From a virus (Duplodnaviria; Caudoviricetes): 64,000 nt of DNA. The notes under the pieces were generated by a model, which was given only the letters and a program-made list of their open reading frames with translations, was not told where the DNA came from and did not search any database. The stretch is from the IMG/VR virus record IMGVR_UViG_3300032327_000792. One strand, written 5' to 3'. This document shows positions 62,273-64,000 of the stretch, piece by piece (positions within the stretch are counted from its first letter, which is position 1; each line of letters starts with the position of its first letter). Both the position numbers and the translations under genes were made by a program.

Positions 62273-63189
62273 TTGAGTCCTGCAAGTTCGATTAATGTTG
62301 CTGATAAATTAATTTCTTGATCTGCTACCATGGGCACATTGATCAAGCCATTGCGTATAATAACAATGGCCTGATCCTGACGTTCAGGCGCTTTTGACCA
62401 TAGTTCTAAGTTGTCGTACATCCAACGGAATACATCTTCCATTTCTTCTGGACGCACACTGGCACACATCAGTTTGCGTGCTTCTGTAATCTTGCCGGCC
62501 TTGAACAAGTTTACTGCATCCAGTTTCCAATCTTTGGCACCGCCTTCGTCACCATTGGGTGGAGACAAACGTCCTTCTTGGCTGTTCATTTGGCACATAT
62601 TCAAGCATTTACGCAAGTCCGGATAAGTTGCTTTAACATAACTGTCCAAGGTATCTAAATCAAATTCAATGCTTTCAGTGACCAACACAGTGGCCATTCT
62701 AGCAGTGAACTCAGTGACGTCTACACGTTCAATATGAAAACCTTGACACCTGCTGTGGAGAGCTGGTATGATACGATTAGGATAATTACAAGTAAGAATA
62801 AACCTAGCACTGGCGTGATAGGTCTCCATGACGCCACGTAGCGCCGCTTGCCCGTTGGGCGAAATATAGTCCGCTTCATCCAACAACACCACCTTAAATT
62901 CGCCAAATGGCATAGTTTGTACAAATCCTGTAATCTTGTCACGGATTGTGTCCACCGAGTTTTCACGCGATGCATTGATCTCCAACACATCGTAGCTGTC
63001 AATACCCAACTGATTGATCAAGATTTTTGCCAAGGTAGTCTTGCCCACACCTGGCGCTCCCGAAAACAACAAGTGCGGTATTGATCCAGCTTTGATCCAG
63101 CCAGCTACTTGATCTTTTTGTGCTTGATCTCTAAACACATAACCATCTATGTCTCGAGGTCTGTATTTTTCAGTCCAGAGTTCTTTCAT
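62269..63189 (-). CDS. Clamp loader AAA+ subunit (gp44/RFC-like)
   Basis: WTEKYRP, GAPGVGKT, EINAS, LLDEAD, SRC motif. Confidence 0.93.
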   Translation of the reverse strand: MKELWTEKYRPRDIDGYVFRDQAQKDQVAGWIKAGSIPHLLFSGAPGVGKTTLAKILINQLGIDSYDVLEINASRENSVDTIRDKITGFVQTMPFGEFKVVLLDEADYISPNGQAALRGVMETYHASARFILTCNYPNRIIPALHSRCQGFHIERVDVTEFTARMATVLVTESIEFDLDTLDSYVKATYPDLRKCLNMCQMNSQEGRLSPPNGDEGGAKDWKLDAVNLFKAGKITEARKLMCASVRPEEMEDVFRWMYDNLELWSKAPERQDQAIVIIRNGLINVPMVADQEINLSATLIELAGLK

Positions 63190-63340
63190 TGTTGTCCTTG
63201 TCTGTTTGTGCCTGTTGGGCAATCCATAAATTTAATCGGTCCATATAACCCTCTTCGGTCAATCCGTGCCATCCTATGCACCGGCCTGTGGGGCTACGAC
63301 CGCATCCGCACTGTCCTACTACTTGTGGCAATGGCATCAT
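63170..63340 (-). CDS. Small CDGSH-like iron-sulfur protein (56 aa)
   Basis: Hand-translated MMPLPQVVGQCGCGRSPTGRCIGWHGLTEE...; ATGA-coupled to the upstream gene. Confidence 0.6.
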   Translation of the reverse strand: MMPLPQVVGQCGCGRSPTGRCIGWHGLTEEGYMDRLNLWIAQQAQTDKDNNERTLD

Positions 63341-63819
63341 TGCGTTGTTTCCTTAGAATTTCGAAAAGTTTCTGCTTCTACTACACGCCTACGCAAACTG
63401 CTGGAACTGAATGAGTGATCACGACCATTGAAGATTGGACGAATACCACGTATGTGTCCTTCGTTTTTACCTGTGTAATTTTGATTTTCATACTCTACTC
63501 CCAGTATACGCACATCCACAGGAAGAATCAACAACAAGTCAACCAAATCCTGTTCTGTTTGGTACACAACAATTTCATCTACATAACGTACTGCGGCCAA
63601 TTGTATCTGTCGTTCTACCACACTTTGAATAGGTGCGTTCTTGGAATCAGGCCGATCAATTGATGCGTCCGTTTGTAGGCCAGCAATCAAGTAATCACAA
63701 TGATTCTTGGCTTCGGCCAACATTGCAATATGTCCGGCGTGCAACATATCAAATTGGCTGAATGTAATGCCAATTACCTTGCCTTGTTCTTTGAGTTCTC
63801 TAACTTTGTTGAATATCAT
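63337..63819 (-). CDS. Glycerol-3-phosphate cytidylyltransferase-like (TagD family)
   Basis: FDMLHAGH, LIAGLQTD, ER..QL.AVRYVDEI, SSSSLR. Confidence 0.85.
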   Translation of the reverse strand: MIFNKVRELKEQGKVIGITFSQFDMLHAGHIAMLAEAKNHCDYLIAGLQTDASIDRPDSKNAPIQSVVERQIQLAAVRYVDEIVVYQTEQDLVDLLLILPVDVRILGVEYENQNYTGKNEGHIRGIRPIFNGRDHSFSSSSLRRRVVEAETFRNSKETTQ

Positions 63820-64000
63820 TTGCGTTTGAGTAGTTCAGCTACTCTTTCCTTTTCCCATTCTTCCTCGCCTTGAAAGACCGGAAGTTTTTGATAAATGTCT
63901 TCTATCAAGCATTTTACTTGATATATTTCTTTTTTGCAACCACTTGCCGTCCAACCATCGTTGCGAGGATCGTTGGCTTCCAATGCCATACGGTGAAGTT
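63816..64000 (-). CDS. Hypothetical protein (C-terminal part, runs off window end)
   Basis: Open frame ...LHRMALEANDPRNDGWTASGCKKEIY...LLKRK*, coupled to 63819. Confidence 0.6.
   Translation of the reverse strand, partial: LHRMALEANDPRNDGWTASGCKKEIYQVKCLIEDIYQKLPVFQGEEEWEKERVAELLKRK

Noticed and set aside
3937-63663. Numerous 60-190-aa plus-strand ORFs in the track (e.g. 42073-42645, 54748-region overlaps, 49312-49731)
   Set aside because: They are antisense or out-of-frame shadows of well-supported genes, with no SD or recognisable motifs.
1-64000. CRISPR array, integrase/transposase, DGR, rRNA
   Set aside because: No regularly spaced DNA repeats or corresponding motifs were seen by eye.
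1-64000. Stop-codon reassignment
   Set aside because: Core genes are full length in code 11, all three stops are used, and no suppressor tRNA is present in the window.

Overview
A 64-kb segment of a large T4-like (jumbo-type) tailed phage genome, read in genetic code 11 and almost entirely minus-strand. The host is probably a betaproteobacterium; this is inferred from a circularly permuted tmRNA with tag ANDAQFALAA, sigma70 promoters and a Gram-negative lysis cassette. From start to end it contains: (1) a stress/translation block (rubrerythrin, RNAP omega-like protein, tRNA-Glu, two-piece tmRNA, HNH endonuclease, an unusual tRNA-Ser with ACU anticodon, tRNA-Ile2); (2) RNase H and a 7-deazaguanine DNA-modification set (folE, queD, queE, a second QueD-like protein with LxxxHRHxF, a TGT/DpdA-like protein; no queC in the window), interleaved with nadE, a phosphoribosyltransferase and nucleotide-sugar/glycosyltransferase genes; (3) the replication core (sliding clamp, family-B polymerase, DsbA-like protein, and a clamp loader near the end); (4) a ~15.5-kb cluster of late genes, most beginning with a T4 internal-protein-like capsid-targeting leader and built as Glu-punctuated modular polyproteins carrying enzyme domains (deaminase, GNATs, kinase, nucleotidyltransferase, zincin, amidoligase); (5) ClpA, a DnaJ-class chaperone, holin/spanin/GH19 endolysin, an APS-kinase fusion, PhoH, a HAD phosphatase and a radical SAM protein. 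The best candidates for undescribed biology are the putative packaged, protease-processed effector polyprotein system, a DpdA-like enzyme that may be tethered to the clamp, the A34 tRNA-Ser together with the phage deaminase, and several structured leader RNAs. All assignments come from motif recognition by eye; no searches or folding programs were run.
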